DNA of 64,000 nucleotides from NCBI RefSeq assembly GCF_009914755.1, contig NC_060930.1; one strand, written 5' to 3'. The translations under genes were made by a program, and so were the position numbers. The stretch's first letter is position 1. Each line of letters opens with the position of its first letter. Source of the stretch: the human T2T-CHM13v2.0 reference genome, Homo sapiens. Shown one piece after another: positions 47,657 through 61,854 of this stretch. A model generated the notes under the pieces. That model searched no databases. It worked only from the letters and a program-made list of their open reading frames with translations, and had not been told where the DNA came from.

Positions 47657-48227
47657 GAAAATTATTTTATTTGTTTAATATGGCTCACAAACTGAATGCT
47701 AAACTGAGTTACAATGAACTCATATTCAAGTAAACTGATTTTCAGATATGATATTCAAACTGAAGGACTTAAGAAAACTTCTCATTCCTTCTCCTTGCAA
47801 ACTGCATTTCTTTTAGATAGAACTTTCTAAATAATTAACAAAAATAGATTGCTACCAACGGACAATTCCAGAAATATTTCCAAGTAAGAAAAGTGACAAC
47901 CTAGAAAATACTATATACTATGTGATCAAGACCTAATATTATACCTTGTGTGGTGATATGCCCCCACATAGGCAAGAATCTAATTGACAACACTCTTACC
48001 AAAGATGTAATACACATTTTATTCTAGTGTTCAAGAGAATTCTAAGGGTGGAATCATCTCAAGAATGCCATACATGTATGGTTTTACTGTTAGAAATTGT
48101 GACATTACCAGAAGTGTCATGTTATTTTCTAAATGAAAATCATTTGAAATTAATTTTGTTTTGAGATGTTCACAACTTCCTCAGAAATACTTGGGAGATA
48201 TGCCAAGGTGTTATAAAACCAGTGCTT

Positions 48228-48542
<315 letters not shown>

Positions 48543-49229
48543 TTATTCCATGCTTATTCCAGTCAATATGGATAGATGGACTATTCTACACAAGACACAG
48601 TTCAGTCAGCAGTCAGGATGTGAGAATTACAAATTGAGAACAGTTCCCACCCGCATGGAGCAGAAATACAATCAAACATCCAAAAACCCAAGTCCACCCA
48701 TTTGTTCTTAAATGCAAGAATTATCTACCCAAATTTTAGACAGATAAAATAGATAAATAAACAAGCCATCATCAGTAATTTCTCCATTTACCCAATATCA
48801 TAAACTTTAGAAAAGAAATTCCACTTCCGAGGCTAAAGTTTGAGTAATTCCTCAGTGTAGCTTTGGAGTGGGAGGCCTTTCTGTGATGTATTTTCTTACA
48901 ATGACCATGATTTTTTTTCTACACAGCTATTAAAACATCCTTAGGCAGGTATTTGAAAATCAAACATTGTTTTGACCTTTCAATTTCTGTGGAAGCCAGC
49001 AGTTGTCCTCAGCTATAGCCAGTTCTCCTCTCACTCTGGGTACCAAAAAAAAAAAAAAAGAAAAACCTAGCTTCCTGACCCCCTGGTGGGTGCTGTGGAA
49101 GTGGTTATAGGACTGCTTCAGACCAATGTGTTGGGACACACATGCCCTCCATGCCAGAGCCTTTAATTGCCCATACTAGACATGCCCAGCATTCTCTTTT
49201 CAAAGTGATGCCATCTTCTCTCCAATGAC

Positions 49230-49393
49230 TGATCTTTCAGTCTGGATCCTGGAGAAAGAACCGCAGAGAGCAGAGCTCTCTACCAACCTTGAGGGCCATG
49301 TGACAAGAGAAAGAAATTACCCTGGTAATTAGCCATTGAGTTTCAGGGATTGCTTGTTACTACAGCATAACTAAGCCCATCTTGATCGATAAC
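49230..49393 (+). mobile_element. Old MLT1 (K/L-like) LTR 3' part
   Basis: 'catgtgacaagagaaagaaattacc..agccattgagtttcagggattgcttgttactacagcataac'. Confidence 0.6.
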
Positions 49394-50197
49394 TTCTTTT
49401 AGTTTCACTGCTGAAATGCTCTCAGGGTTTTCTATCAGAGGGGAATTGAGCAGGAGAAAAGAAAATAAAGGCCCTCAGGATGCCATCAGTGGGCTTGGGA
49501 GCCTTTAAAGGCATGAGCTTTTTTATGTTTCATAAGAAGAAAGATGACTTGTGAGAACCAGGGCATGTGGAACTATGCCCATTATCCTATAGAAAAAAAG
49601 GAAGGCTTTCCTCCTCTTTCTTAGAGGGGTTAATTCTCTCCAACTATGTACCTCTCTCCTAGGCAAATGGCTTTAGGCTAGATGGAATTGGATCAGGAGG
49701 TAGGGCTGATAACAGGACTAAAAAGAAGCTCTTAGGAAGATCTAAGAAACCAATACCAGGAGTGCCCAGGTCACCCTATGCAGCTGTCACACATTCATCA
49801 CGCAGGTTGAGAGTTTCCTAACATTCTGAATGACTTGTAGTGCTGGACCCTGGACCCCCTCTCTGCTATGAAATTCTCCATTCTGACATCTGACTCACCT
49901 TGGAGACTTACATGAAGTAGTCTCTTCCACAAATATCCTTCGAGCCTTGGGCATCCCATCGGCCACCTTGTATGAGGTGCAGTCCAGTGGTTTCTACTTG
50001 TGGCTGGGCAGCAGCTTGCATAGTTTTGTTAACATGCAGATGGAGGGAGGTTGGGATTCATCACATCTGGAGTGTTCACCTCCCTTCCCTCCTGCCCCCA
50101 TGTGTACTTCAAAAACATCTCACCAGTGACTCTGCTGGGTAGTCAGGCACCATTGAAAGCCACTGCTATATAAATGCTTTTCCTTTCAGATCACCAG

Positions 50198-50561
50198 TGT
50201 ATTAGTCTGTTCTCATGCTGTTGATAAAGACATACCTGAGACTGGGCAATTTACAGAAGAAAGAGGTTTGATGGACTTACAGTTCCACGTGGCAGAGACC
50301 TCACAATTATGGCAGAAGGCAAGGAGGAGCAAGTCACATCTTATATGGATGGCAGCAGGCAAAGAGAGAGTTTGTACAGAGAAACTCCTGTTTATAAAGC
50401 CATCAGATCTCATGAGACCCATTCACTATGACAAGAACAGCACAGGAAAGACCCCACCCCATGATTCAGTCATCTCCCACTAGGTTTCTCCCACAACACC
50501 TGGGAATTATGGGAGCTACAAGATAAGAATTCGGGTGGGGACACAGAGCCAAACCATATCA
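50198..50561 (-). mobile_element. THE1C-like MaLR solo LTR
   Basis: 'tgtattagtctgttctcatgctg..ggggacacagagccaaaccatatca'; 5-bp TSD accag at 50193-50197 and 50562-50566. Confidence 0.95.
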
Positions 50562-50584
50562 ACCAGGGAAATAAACAACTTCTA

Positions 50585-50790
50585 ATAATAATAACAACAA
50601 TAATTGTTAACATTTATTGAGCACACACATGCAACTTCTGAGCATTGGCTCATTTAATTCTCATACCAATCCTACGAACTAAATGCTGATATGATTCTCA
50701 TTTTATAAACTTATCCAACGTCACATAGGAATAAGTGGCAGAATAAGAGTGAGAACTCAAATCCACAAAGCTCTAAAGGCCTTCTTTCCC
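50585..50790 (-). mobile_element. MIR
   Basis: 'aacatttattgagcac..catttaattctcatacc..gtcacataggaataagtggcaga'. Confidence 0.7.
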
Positions 50791-50899
50791 AAAGCAGAAT
50801 CCAAACTCTTTAAGCTGAATTTCTTTGTTTCCAATTAAAACACAGTCACAGCCACTGGAGGTATTACACTATGGAACTTGCCTGTTCTCCTCAGGGGGA

Positions 50900-51293
50900 G
50901 CTGACTCCATGCTACCAATCTTCTGGTGCTGAGTGAGTGCCCAGGAAGAACCTGCTTCCTAGTCTCCCTGTAAGATAGGCTGGGTCTCCAGGACTGAGTT
51001 CCAGCCAGTGGAACATGGGTGCCTTCTAGGCCTCGCAGAAGACATCTCGCAGGCTGTCCACGCAAGCATGGCTCCTTCTGCATCCCGGGAGGCCGTGTGC
51101 TTAAGGTGGCAGCAAGACAGGTTAGAAGCGACCTGGATTTCTGAGCCTTCTTTTAGAGGAGAGCTTCCCAGAAAAGCTACCCAGCCTGCAGCAAACTATT
51201 ACAGGAGGGTGGAATAACCCTTGATTGTGAAAAGTCACTAAGATTTGGAGGTTGATCTTGTAGCAGCTAGAGTTCCTTATTCTGACAAATATA
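50900..51293 (+). mobile_element. Old MLT1 (I/J-like) LTR
   Basis: 'gactgagttccagccagtggaacatggg..cctggatttctgag..ggagagct..cactaagatttggaggtt'. Confidence 0.6.
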
Positions 51294-52477
51294 CTCTCCT
51301 ATAGTAATAACATGGAAATACTCATGAATGGGTTATAGTTCCATTTTTCAAATTCCACACAAATATTCCAAATCTCATCATCACCAAGATGATCCAAAAC
51401 AAATAATGATCCAACAACTCACCTGCAACACATCCAAGGACCCTCCCCCACCTCCCCACAAGAAACTCTTTTTTTCTGGATTACTTCTAAGACGATCACT
51501 TTATTCATGTCATCCCATCTTACCCGACTATTTGGTGCTGTATCTTAGAAAATCATTTTAGAAAATCTTCCTTTTAAAAGCCTTCCAAAACCACAGCATG
51601 TGTGAGTGGGTGAAGCATGCCAGTTTATTCCAACTGCTCACAGGATACAGAGGTTGAAGATGCCATTCCAGTTAATCAATTACAACCCATATGGGGCTGT
51701 TTTAATCAGTGCTTCAAGATGCACCTGGAAACAATTAACTCTCATAGGTAACAATAGCAAGAATAGAGAAAGTATTCCTGTGCTGTTGCAAATGGCACCT
51801 TCATTTTGCATCATCTGAGAGTCTCAGGTGTCTTGCAAGAGTGAGGCCCTGTAGCACATTCCAAAAGGAAATGATGATTACTTTGGTCTTTGCATGCAAG
51901 TGATCATTGTACAAAACTGATTACCACTGCATGGTGGTCAGTGGGACTTAAATTCATACCGGATGATGGCTTAGGATATTACATTCTCACAGTCTAAATT
52001 TGTCTTAGAGATGTTCATCCACTTAACATATTTTTAAAGAAAGTTTGGCAAAATGCAAGGCTGGGATGTGACAGTTCTGTGACAGATCTCTCAAACAGAA
52101 AAGATAACAATGGGGACTCTACATCACTGACGGCACAAAAATTAGTAACAGGCTGAGCGATCTGAAGACAATTCTGGATTTAACGTTCTCATATTTTTAA
52201 GTTATTAAGTGAATATTGAGATTTATATATTTTGTCTTATAATAGGGTACACAGAGACAGAAAGAGAAAACTTTTTTGATAAGAGTGTTTGAAAAAAAAG
52301 AATGGCATTTCAACCTGGATATATTGTAGATGAAGGAGTACGTGGGGAAAGAGAGGGAGCACACATTTGCACACAACGCACTGCCCCAGTGATGCATTTC
52401 TGAGGAACTTTTAAAACTAGGGTGTAGGTTTGCTATATATACAGACTTCCCTTATTGAAAAGATGCTCCTTTAGTTA

Positions 52478-52650
52478 GAGCAATGTTTCCCAAAGAGGGG
52501 TCCAAAGATACCCTAAAAGAGAGTAACCTGGGATATTATACACAAATCAGATTCCTCAGCCTAATCTTCAGTCAAATGAATCAGAATGTCTGGGACCTTG
52601 GTATCTAGAATTTTAACAATCACCATGTGACTCAGAATCACTAGCAGTGA
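52478..52650. mobile_element. MER5-like hAT-Charlie MITE
   Basis: 'agagcaatgtttcccaaag..cagattcctcagcc..gaatcagaatgtctggga..attttaacaa'. Confidence 0.6.
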
Positions 52651-53829
52651 GAGATGAAGTGGAAGAAATAGAAGGCATCAAAGGCAGAAAGAATTTTTCT
52701 GCACACGAACCCAGAGAAGTCAACCCCACAGCAGTGGCATTTTTTCAAAATTAAGATTTTAAAGATCAGAATAAATAAGAATTAAATGTGTCTATCTATA
52801 TAAAAGAGATCAGATGAAAGGGTAGTGTGAGAAAATCATTCTGCATCCAATAGAGATAAATTTGAGGTCTAACTTTTTATTCTACTAAATAGAAATAAAG
52901 ATCATAAGATGCAAAAGGTAATAAGGAGACAGACAAGTATTACAATGCCCACTGTGCTTAGCAACCAGCTTAAGAAAATACCTTTTGTTCTTCATTTTAT
53001 ATTCCTCTCTACTTTTAGCTTTCTTCTGGTTTTAAAAACGAAGACTCCATAGCAGTCAAAGGGGAAATGTTTTGAAGCAGCTATTAGAAAGACAGCTTTT
53101 CTCCCTCAAACAGCCAGCACAATCCATCCTTCACATATCAGAACTTCTCAGTGGGAGGTTAAATTCTGAAAGTGGTTTGGTGAGGATTTCCTGTTCCACC
53201 TTTCAATGTATCATCTGTTTCCCAATCTACTGCATCCAAGGTGCTGCGTCCAGTCCCTCCACCATTGCTAGAGCCTGTGCAAGTGCGACTGGAAATAGAT
53301 GGAACTTGAGCAATCAAAACCACATTTTCAAAGGAAAAAGATGAGATGGCTCATACTTTTTAGACAACAGGGAAGTTTCAGTACATTTGAACACCAATGA
53401 AGGTATGAGAGCAAGACAGAAACTCACAAATGAAAATACTGCATGAACCTTGGTTATCTGCTTGTGAAGCAGATTTCAGCTGCTCAACACAATCCATGAT
53501 GGCAAATGTTGCAATGCCTAATTGTCGCCATGGCATTCTAAGGCATAGTTTGAGAGAAACATACAGAAAAATATTGTACAGAAATCAGAATATAGTGCGC
53601 TTACAAAGAAAGTGACCCTACCATCCAGCTGTGAGCCCATGAGGGCAGGCACATTCCTGAAATGCTCATGAAAGTCTCCAGTGCCTCACACACTCCTTAA
53701 CTCTTGTAGGTATGCATCAACACCCAAATAAATTAATTCATTTTGAAAAGATAGAAAATTAAAAATCACTACAAATAAGATGGGCTTTCTCAAAACTATC
53801 AGAAGAAACTCCAGGCTACAGCCTATCAT

Positions 53830-54662
53830 TGCACTGAGTCTTACTGAGTTACTTCCTAAGTATCTTTCAAAACCTTCCACCTTGCCCTACCTCTGCCACC
53901 CTCACCTTAATCTCAACCACCATCAGCTCTTTCCTAGACAACTACAAGGTCCTTTTAAAGCATCTCCACTCATTGACAAGCTCGCCTTCAATCTTCTGTT
54001 CATATTTCAACCACACTCATCTTTTTCAACTGCAAATCAGATCGTCACATACACAGTGACACACCACCCCACCCACATGCACGCAAGCCAGGTTAAACCA
54101 TTTCAGTGATTCTCCTTGCCCTTAGAATAAAGACAAAAACTCTTAATATGGCTACCAAGACCTGCATGATCTGGCTGCTATCTGGTCCTACATGGTCACC
54201 TTGCAGCAGGCTCCAGCCACGTCGGTCTGCTCTCCAGCCCTCTAAGACCCCCAAGCCACCTCTGCCACAGGGCTTCGCTGCTTGCCGTGCCCTCCACTGG
54301 AATCCTTCTGCCCCTCCCCACTTCCTGTGCCTTTCTTTCTTTTTGCAATTACAAATCTTTCAGATCTCAGCTCACATATGCCTTCTTTAAGGAGCCTCTG
54401 TCGGCATCTGTGTCTAGACAACTTTCCCTACTGTTTATTCTTAAGTCACCTTAAACCTCTCCCTGGCAGCACTTAGGAAAGTCTTTATTTCCTGTTCATT
54501 TATGTGATTATTTGACTAAAATCTATCTTCTTTGCTACACTGAACACTCTTTGAGGGCAGGGATTATGTGTTTAATTTTTACTCACAACTATATCTATCA
54601 TCTAGTACAGTGCTTGGCATTATAGTTGGTTCTTAAGAAATATTTCTTAGATCCATGAATCA
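53830..54662 (+). mobile_element. L2 (L2a-like) 3' portion
   Basis: 'gcccttagaataaagacaaaaactctt..gacctgcatgatctggc..gagggcagggattatgtg..tagtacagtgcttggca'. Confidence 0.8.
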
Positions 54663-55192
54663 AGTCGGGTACTGATGATTTAAGGGTATCCCATATATCT
54701 GTTGGTTCCATATCCCTAGCCTGAGGTTTTTTGATGGCATTGTTGTTTTCTTTTTACATCATGGAAGCTTCCTTTTTTGTCACATGATACACATTTAAAT
54801 GATTTAACCAAGTTGCTAATGACATAAAGTCAGATTCAGACTTTTGTTGGAACCAGAAGTCCAAAGTATTCCCAAGCAAAGGGACCTGAGGTAGGAATTT
54901 CCAATAACGACATCCACAATGTTTTGGGGTCCTTAGAAAGCTTCTTGGGTATTGAAGCTAAAGCAACTGGCTCCATAATGGTTACAATAGAATGTGATTT
55001 CATAATGTTCAGGAAACAAAGTATTAAATTGCAAGTCAATAACAGGATAATATCAATGGAAATAATTGGTATCTGCATGGGGCTTAAATAAGAAAATTCA
55101 ATACTGAGACCCAGCTCACAAGCAGAATGCTCACTGATTGGGTCTCACCCCTATAATGAGCTGTACCAAGCATAGGCAGAAAATTTTGAAAG

Positions 55193-55345
55193 GGCTGGGC
55201 ATGGTGGCTCATGCCTGTGATCTGAGCATTTGGGGAGGCCAAGGCAGAAGGATCACTTGAAGCCAGGACCAGTTGGAGCAACAAAGCGAGACCCACAACT
55301 CTATAAAAATAAATCAAATAAATAAAAGTTTAAAAAAAATTTTAA
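55193..55345 (+). mobile_element. FLAM-type Alu monomer
   Basis: Single arm 'ggctgggcatggtggctcatgcc..gcaacaaagcgagaccc' plus A-rich tail. Confidence 0.85.
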
Positions 55346-56944
55346 AAAAAAGTTTCCAAGACTTTTTTCTCTTTTTTTTTTTTAAATAAAATGATCTTTC
55401 TTAGTCTCATGAACCCAGGTATGTGATACTCAGCAGATGATTTGGATCCATTAAAGATTAGCTCAGCAGATTGTTTTAGCTTCTAAAAATCTACCAAAAT
55501 ATTAATCTTTAATAAATATTTAACAATAACAAAAATTAACATATATAGAGTGAGAGACAAAGAGAACTTGGGCATTTACTCTGTACAAAAACATTGTAAA
55601 ATTGACAAATTTGTGTTACTGTGTTCACAACTGTACACATGAAAACTCTGAGGCTCACTCACACAGTTGCTAAGCGGCCCAAACAGAATTCAAATCTATC
55701 TCAAAATCCATGATACCACCATCCCTACAGCCCTTTTAAAAAGAGAAAATGTGCTGATCAGTTTTTGCAACATGGTATATTAAATATCTTAGTTGCAACG
55801 TAAAATATATTAAAGCGATCCATTTCTACCACCCAAGTTTTTTCGTTTAAGATATTTTCCATAAATTTTTTCTAAAAGAAAGTCTTAAGCAGATTTTAGA
55901 ATTTTATTTCACACTGAGACAAAGGATAAAGTATCTTCTGAGTTCCAGGCACGTTCCTTGCTATTTCACTCACACAGAGGTCTGCTCTTCATTTTTTTTT
56001 TCTCTCTTTCATTCAAAAAGCAATTCCACTACCAACCTGAGGTTAGCTACATTAATCTAATGTCAACTCCATTATTGTTAATTATTTTATGGTGGCTATA
56101 TTTTAAGAGAAGGGGTACAGAGATCCCTTATGTCATTTGATAGCCCACCAAGAATTATATTGAAACAACTACATTGATTTCCAGATCTCAGCAAGCAACT
56201 AGGACATAATTAAACTTTTATCTCTGCAAATTTTGCTGTCTTTTTTTTTTTTTAACCTGGTTACCTATTGTTCAGCAGACTAATCTTATTTTGCTTCTCA
56301 GTTGGGCCTAAAATTTCATTCAATGCTCAAGAAATAAATTAAAATGAAAGACATATAATATCTGGACATTTCTCAAATAAGAATTTCCATTGGCATATTT
56401 TCTGTGGGTTCATTTTCTTCCTATTTCTTATTTGACTTTAATAAAGCTATATTCTATTGAAGTTAAATAAAAGCATTCCTCTGAGCACTTGGAGTTAAAT
56501 TACAATAGCTATAAGTCTGAAGAAGCAGCCATTTCAAGATTCTACTTGACCTACCTTAGAAGAGATAACCTGTAGCTATAGAGAAAGCAGGCTCTACTGG
56601 GACCCGTGCCACGTAACTCACTTCAAGCTCCCGGGCTCTTCCCTCCCATGCACATCTGTCACCCCACCTTGCTCCCACCTCACCCCTCGCTATAGGCCTT
56701 AAACTTGATGAGAAGGAAACTTTCTCCAGACTTCTGGAAATTTTTCCTTCCATCTTCGTTTTTAAAAAATTAGCAAGTGAAGGAGCAGTATGATGAAGTA
56801 GGAAGGGGGAAGGAAAGCCCACCAGGCTGAAAATAAACTTGAATTCCTGTTCTCATTAATGACCTATGTCATGCTGGGCAAGCACTTTTGTGCTGTCGGT
56901 GCCTCAATTTCCTCATCTAAAAATGTAAGGCGCTAGATTAGATC

Positions 56945-57127
56945 CAGGGCTGGGACTAGGGTGGAGTGAGTAAGGGGTTTACCTATGGTGTCAAATTTAC
57001 AAGGGTACCCAAAATCAAAATTTATGCAAAAAAAATATGATGGGCAAAATATCAAAATTTTAAATAGTGATAGTCTCAGTGTAACTGATTTTCCTTTCGT
57101 CTCAGTGCAACTCTGCCATGAACCCTG
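56945..57127. mobile_element. MER96-family hAT-Tip100 MITE, next to a MIR fragment (~56830-56944)
   Basis: CAGGG...CCCTG ends; 'gactagggtg', 'aatcaaaatttatgcaaaaaaaatatgatgggcaaaatatcaaaattttaaata'. Confidence 0.7.
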
Positions 57128-57990
57128 ATTCAGATTCATCTCCCTCTAATACCCTGTGACACGGGTTCTAGTCTCAGCTAACAGCACCTTGGAGGTAGCA
57201 GTACCCCATGTCTCCCTAAAGCCTGCAAAGTGAGGTCCAGCCTGGCACAACACCATAGGGATATTTTCATGGCAACCTGTAAGAATGTCTGATGGGCTCC
57301 TTACTTTTAACTCTCTTCCTCTCTTCCTCTCTTCCCGGGGAGACAGTGACTTCATACTGCTGCATTTTGGAGATTCTGCAGGCAATCAAGATTGAAATCA
57401 CAATCTCATTTCCGTAAGAGCTTTGGGAGGGCACAGATTTCCAGCAAGCTGCCCGTGCCATCCTGGACCCTGACTTGCATTGACTTGATTAAACTGTAGC
57501 AGCAGACTGAAGCCTGCGCAGGGGACACATTCAAAGATTTTCTGAGGCTGTCTTCTCCCTGCCCCAGGATATTTCTATCCCTTTCCTCCTTTCCCTCCCA
57601 TCAGGTCATCTGGGGAATCCCCTGCTTACTGCCTTTGGGAAGGGGTAGCACAGCATAGAAGGAGGATGACCACAAAGGTAAATATTGACTTTCAAAGCCA
57701 AAGATCAAAGTTCCTCCTTTTATTCCTGAGAACTCAGGAGACGTAAAATACCAGAGTAGCGACAACTGTGAGGTGAATCAAAGCAAGTAAGGGGACCTCA
57801 TAGAGATCCTCTGAGCCCCAAGGTGGTGCAAGAAAGTGGTAGGGGACCTTAGAATGTCCTGAGGCTGGCAAGGGAGCAGTGGCATGTTTTCCACACTGCT
57901 CTAAGTATAAGAGTTCTCAGAATTGGACAAGTTGAATTATTTGAAAAGATAGAGAGAGCCACATCTCATACAGCCAAGTTAGTGGCCCCC

Positions 57991-58506
57991 TGTGATGGTT
58001 AATACTGATTGTCAACTTGATTGGATTGAAGGATGCAAAGTATTGATTTTGGATGTGTCTGCAAGGGTATTGCCAAAGGAGATTAACATTTGAATCAGTG
58101 GGCTGGGTAAGGCAGACCCACCCTTAGTCTGGGTGGGCACCATCTAATCAGTTGCCAGCACAGCCAGAATATAAAGTAGGCAGAAAAATGTGAAAAGGCT
58201 AGACTGGCTTAGCCTCCCAGCCTACATCTTTCTCCCATGCTGGATGCTTCCTGCCCTCAAACATCGAACTTCAAGTTCTTCAGCTTTGGGACTCAAATGG
58301 GCTTCCTTGCTCCTCAGCTGGCAGATGACTTGTGGGATCTGATGATCCTGTGAGTTTAATACTCCTTAATAAACTCCTGTTTAGATAGATAAATAGAGAT
58401 ATATCTATAGATTTATAGATATCAATATAGATATATAGATATAGATATGGATATAGATATAGATATCTAATTAGTTCTGTCCCTCTAGAGAAACCTGACT
58501 AATACA
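57991..58506 (+). mobile_element. MLT2A (MLT2A2-like) HERV-L solo LTR with internal (TAGATA)n tract
   Basis: 'tgtgatggttaatactga..tcaacttgattggattgaaggatgcaaagtattg..ctctagagaaacctgactaataca'; tract at ~58383-58467. Confidence 0.95.
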
Positions 58507-60289
58507 CCCACCGTCTGTTTCTTCCTTGGGTGCTCTCCCTAAGAAACTTGTCTACATAGCACAGTGTGACACAGGAGTCCAGAATTATCTGGTCAAAGTG
58601 TATGAGGCAGTCTGGATGTGGACAAAGCCCTAGAAGGCCCATCGTGGGGGTGCTGAGGCCCTACCAAGCCTCGTCTCACATCTAGGCCAACACGCCTTCG
58701 CTATTCTCCTACAAAGCCAACATTCATAAATCTGAAGATGTAACCTTTTTTCAGAAACTATAGTTACTTAGATAATCTGATCTGCTCCCTCTATTGCTCC
58801 AGTATAGCTCATGCCCTGTGATTTATAAGGACTTCAACGTTCTTCTTTCGTATTTAAAAACCCTTATGCAAATCATGCCAGCAGCACAGCCAACGAAAGT
58901 TTTTTGCATTAATGCTCCACATTATTCACATACAAAAATTCCATTTAAATCTCATTAAGCTTGGGACATAAATCCAAACAAACTAGAAAATGCCCTGTTA
59001 AGGTAGAAAAGTGACATATGTCTTCCAATCCCCTGACAGAACAATGAGGAATGAAAAAAACGATAAGGTACTACCCATTTGGGACAGCGTACCAATGGAC
59101 ACATATGTTACTTTTCTGCCTTTAACTATTCACAGCCTTCCTGCTTTTATCTCAATAGCATTTAAATGAAGTATTTGTCAGCAACTATTTCTGGTAATGT
59201 GAAGTATGTGATTCAGGGAGGCTGTGAGCCGAGTTTCTGGAAACATAGCAGTATCCTGGGAAAATTATAAAAGGTCTGTCTGCTAACGGCATTTTTTTTT
59301 TATTTCCCTCTAGGCATTTCTTGGGGTTCGTGATATAATTTATCTGTCATGTAGTATTAACAATATACTTTTCAGGGACTTAAAGATTAGTGGGGCCCCT
59401 GGGCTGTCTGTCTCAACTTGCTGAGCACTGAACGTCCTTCACATTGTCATGCCTCATCTCTAATCTGGCTTTTCCTTTAAAACAATTATAATATCAGAGG
59501 GTTACACAGGCTTTACAACAGTGCCCTACACTCTTTATGACCATTGCTAATTGGCAATTAGTCGAAATTTTAATTCTATAATGTGTTTAGGTTAGCAATT
59601 TGGTGAGTTAGGGAGGAGCAGCTTTGGCCTTTGGCAATTGCAAATCTGAGTTTATCTCCCCTCTCAATGTGAACAAGCACAAGTTCAAGCGGTGCCCTGA
59701 GTGACAGCATTACAATATCATAATCATTTACAGAGCGTCTGCACAGAAAGAAATGAATTTTGGGAAAGCATTCAGCAGCTGCAGGACTCCCTTAGAAGGC
59801 TTAATAAAAGTATCTTAAAAGGTAGGATGAAAGCCCTTGCTGTTTCAAAGTAAAATGAAGTAGCTAGCCTATGTGGACAGCCCTCCAGCCACTCTCATTG
59901 AGCCTTCAGGGACTCCACCAGAAAAGGAGACATGTTTGTCTCCAGGCGCCAGAGGCTCAGGTCTGTTGTCTGTGGTTGTCAAGAGTAAGATGCATGCATA
60001 GGACCCCATCTCTATTCATTTTAGAGAAAGACAATGAAAGAGACACAGGGAGAAAAATGGAGAGAATGACTAGAAAAGGCTATTTGGTCAAAGACACAAG
60101 ACCTACACACCCAGTGCCTGAAAGGCATTTATCCTCTCTCACCTAATCTCAACTCAAGCAAGGCTTCCCTGGGCACCCTTTCCCACTCCCCACGCCACAA
60201 CTGAGGTGGAGCCCTCCTGGGACACATCACTGGAGCAGTGTGCAATGTTGCTTCACCGCACTTCTCAGTTTGTCATCGTGAAGGAAGAA

Positions 60290-60510
60290 CAGTGAGGTGG
60301 GTAGGAACACGACCTCTGCAGCCACCCTGCCAGGGTTTGGATCTCAACTCTGCCACATGCTGCCCAATCCTGGGCAAGGAACTTATCCTTTGGCACCACA
60401 GTTCCAAAATGTGAAAGGCATCAGTAAAATGTGAGTTATGCATAGAAGATACATTGTTACAAATGCCTAGCCCATAGGATTCAGTAAGTGTTGCATGTTA
60501 TTATTATTTT
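60290..60510 (+). mobile_element. MIR
   Basis: 'gggtttggatctcaactctgccac..tgggcaaggaactta..tcagtaagtgtt..ttattatt'. Confidence 0.6.
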
Positions 60511-60685
60511 ATATATACAATTATCCCTCTCTCCCAGTAGACTAAGAACCAGTGAAATTAAGGACTGTTTTGCTCACCTGGAACAGGACTTGGCCGAATC
60601 GATACTGATGGATGCATAGATAACAGTGATCTGAAAGCATTCTTGTAATTATTAAACATGCATAATTTCAGATGTATCCACATGC

Positions 60686-61820
60686 TTTTTTCATTTAAAA
60701 AATGTTATTGAGGTATAATTGATATAAACACTGCACATATTTAAAATGTACAATTTGATAAGCTTTGAAAATCATCACCACATTAAGAGAGTGAATCCTT
60801 TATAATCCCTTCTTCTAGCACCCCTACCCCACCCCAGGCAACCACTGATTAGCTTCCTGTCACAATGGATTAGTCTCTATTATCTAGAATTTTATATAAG
60901 TGGACTCTTCAGTATGTAATCGCTTTTGTCTGCCTTCTTTCATTCAGGCTATTTATTTTGAGTTTCATTCATTCTATTAGGTGTAGCAATATTTTGTTCC
61001 TTTCTACCTTTGAGTGGCATTATGTTGTATGGATATACCATAGTTTGATTATCTGTTGATAGACATTTGTGCTGTTTCTAGGATTTGGCTATTATTTAAC
61101 AAGACTGCTAAGAACATTCATGGATGTGCCTTTGTATAGATATAAGTTTTCTTTCCTCTTGGGTAAATACTTAGTAGTGGAACGGTTGGACCATATAATA
61201 GGTCCAAGTTTAATTTTTTTAAAAACTACCACACTGCTTTCCAAAGAGATTGTAACATCTTACTTTCCACCTAGCAGTATATGAGATCTCCAGTTCCTCT
61301 ACATCTTTGGTAATACTTGATGTAGTCAGTCCATTTAATTTTTCATTCTAACAGGTACGAAGCAGTACCTCACTGTGGCTTACTGTGGCTTTTCTTTGCA
61401 TTTCTCTACTGGCTAATTGATGTTGAACATCTTTTCCATGTGCTTATTTGTCATCTGCATATCTTGTTTGAAAAATTGTTCCTATCTTCAGCCAATTGTT
61501 TAAATGAGTTATTTTCTTACTGTTGAGGTTTTAGAATTCTTTATGTAGTCTGCTTAGAGGTTCTTTATCAGGTATGTGTTTTGCAAATATTTGCTCCCAG
61601 TCTTTGGATTCTCTTTTCATACTCTTATATAAGAGCCAATTTTTTTATTTTGATGAAGTTTAGTTTATGAATCAATTTTTAATGGATCAAGCTTTAGTGA
61701 TATATCAAAGAAATCTTTGACTAACTCAAGATCACAAAGATTTCCACCTGTTTTCCTCCAGAATTGTTACAGTTTTGAGTTCTACATTTAGGCATATATT
61801 TCATTTTGAAGAGTTTCCAT
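60686..61820 (-). mobile_element. L1MC1/2-like 3' end
   Basis: 'tattgaggtataattgatat..ctgcacatatttaaaatgtacaatttgataag..ccccaggcaaccactgat'. Confidence 0.85.
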
Positions 61821-61854
61821 TGGTAGAATGTGTCTCAAAGTTCACCAATCTTGG

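Noticed and set aside
58383-58467. (TAGATA)n tract, and TA-rich tract at ~3330-3430, as a special array
   Set aside because: Simple low-complexity repeats; a TA-rich tract at this position is usual in MLT2A.
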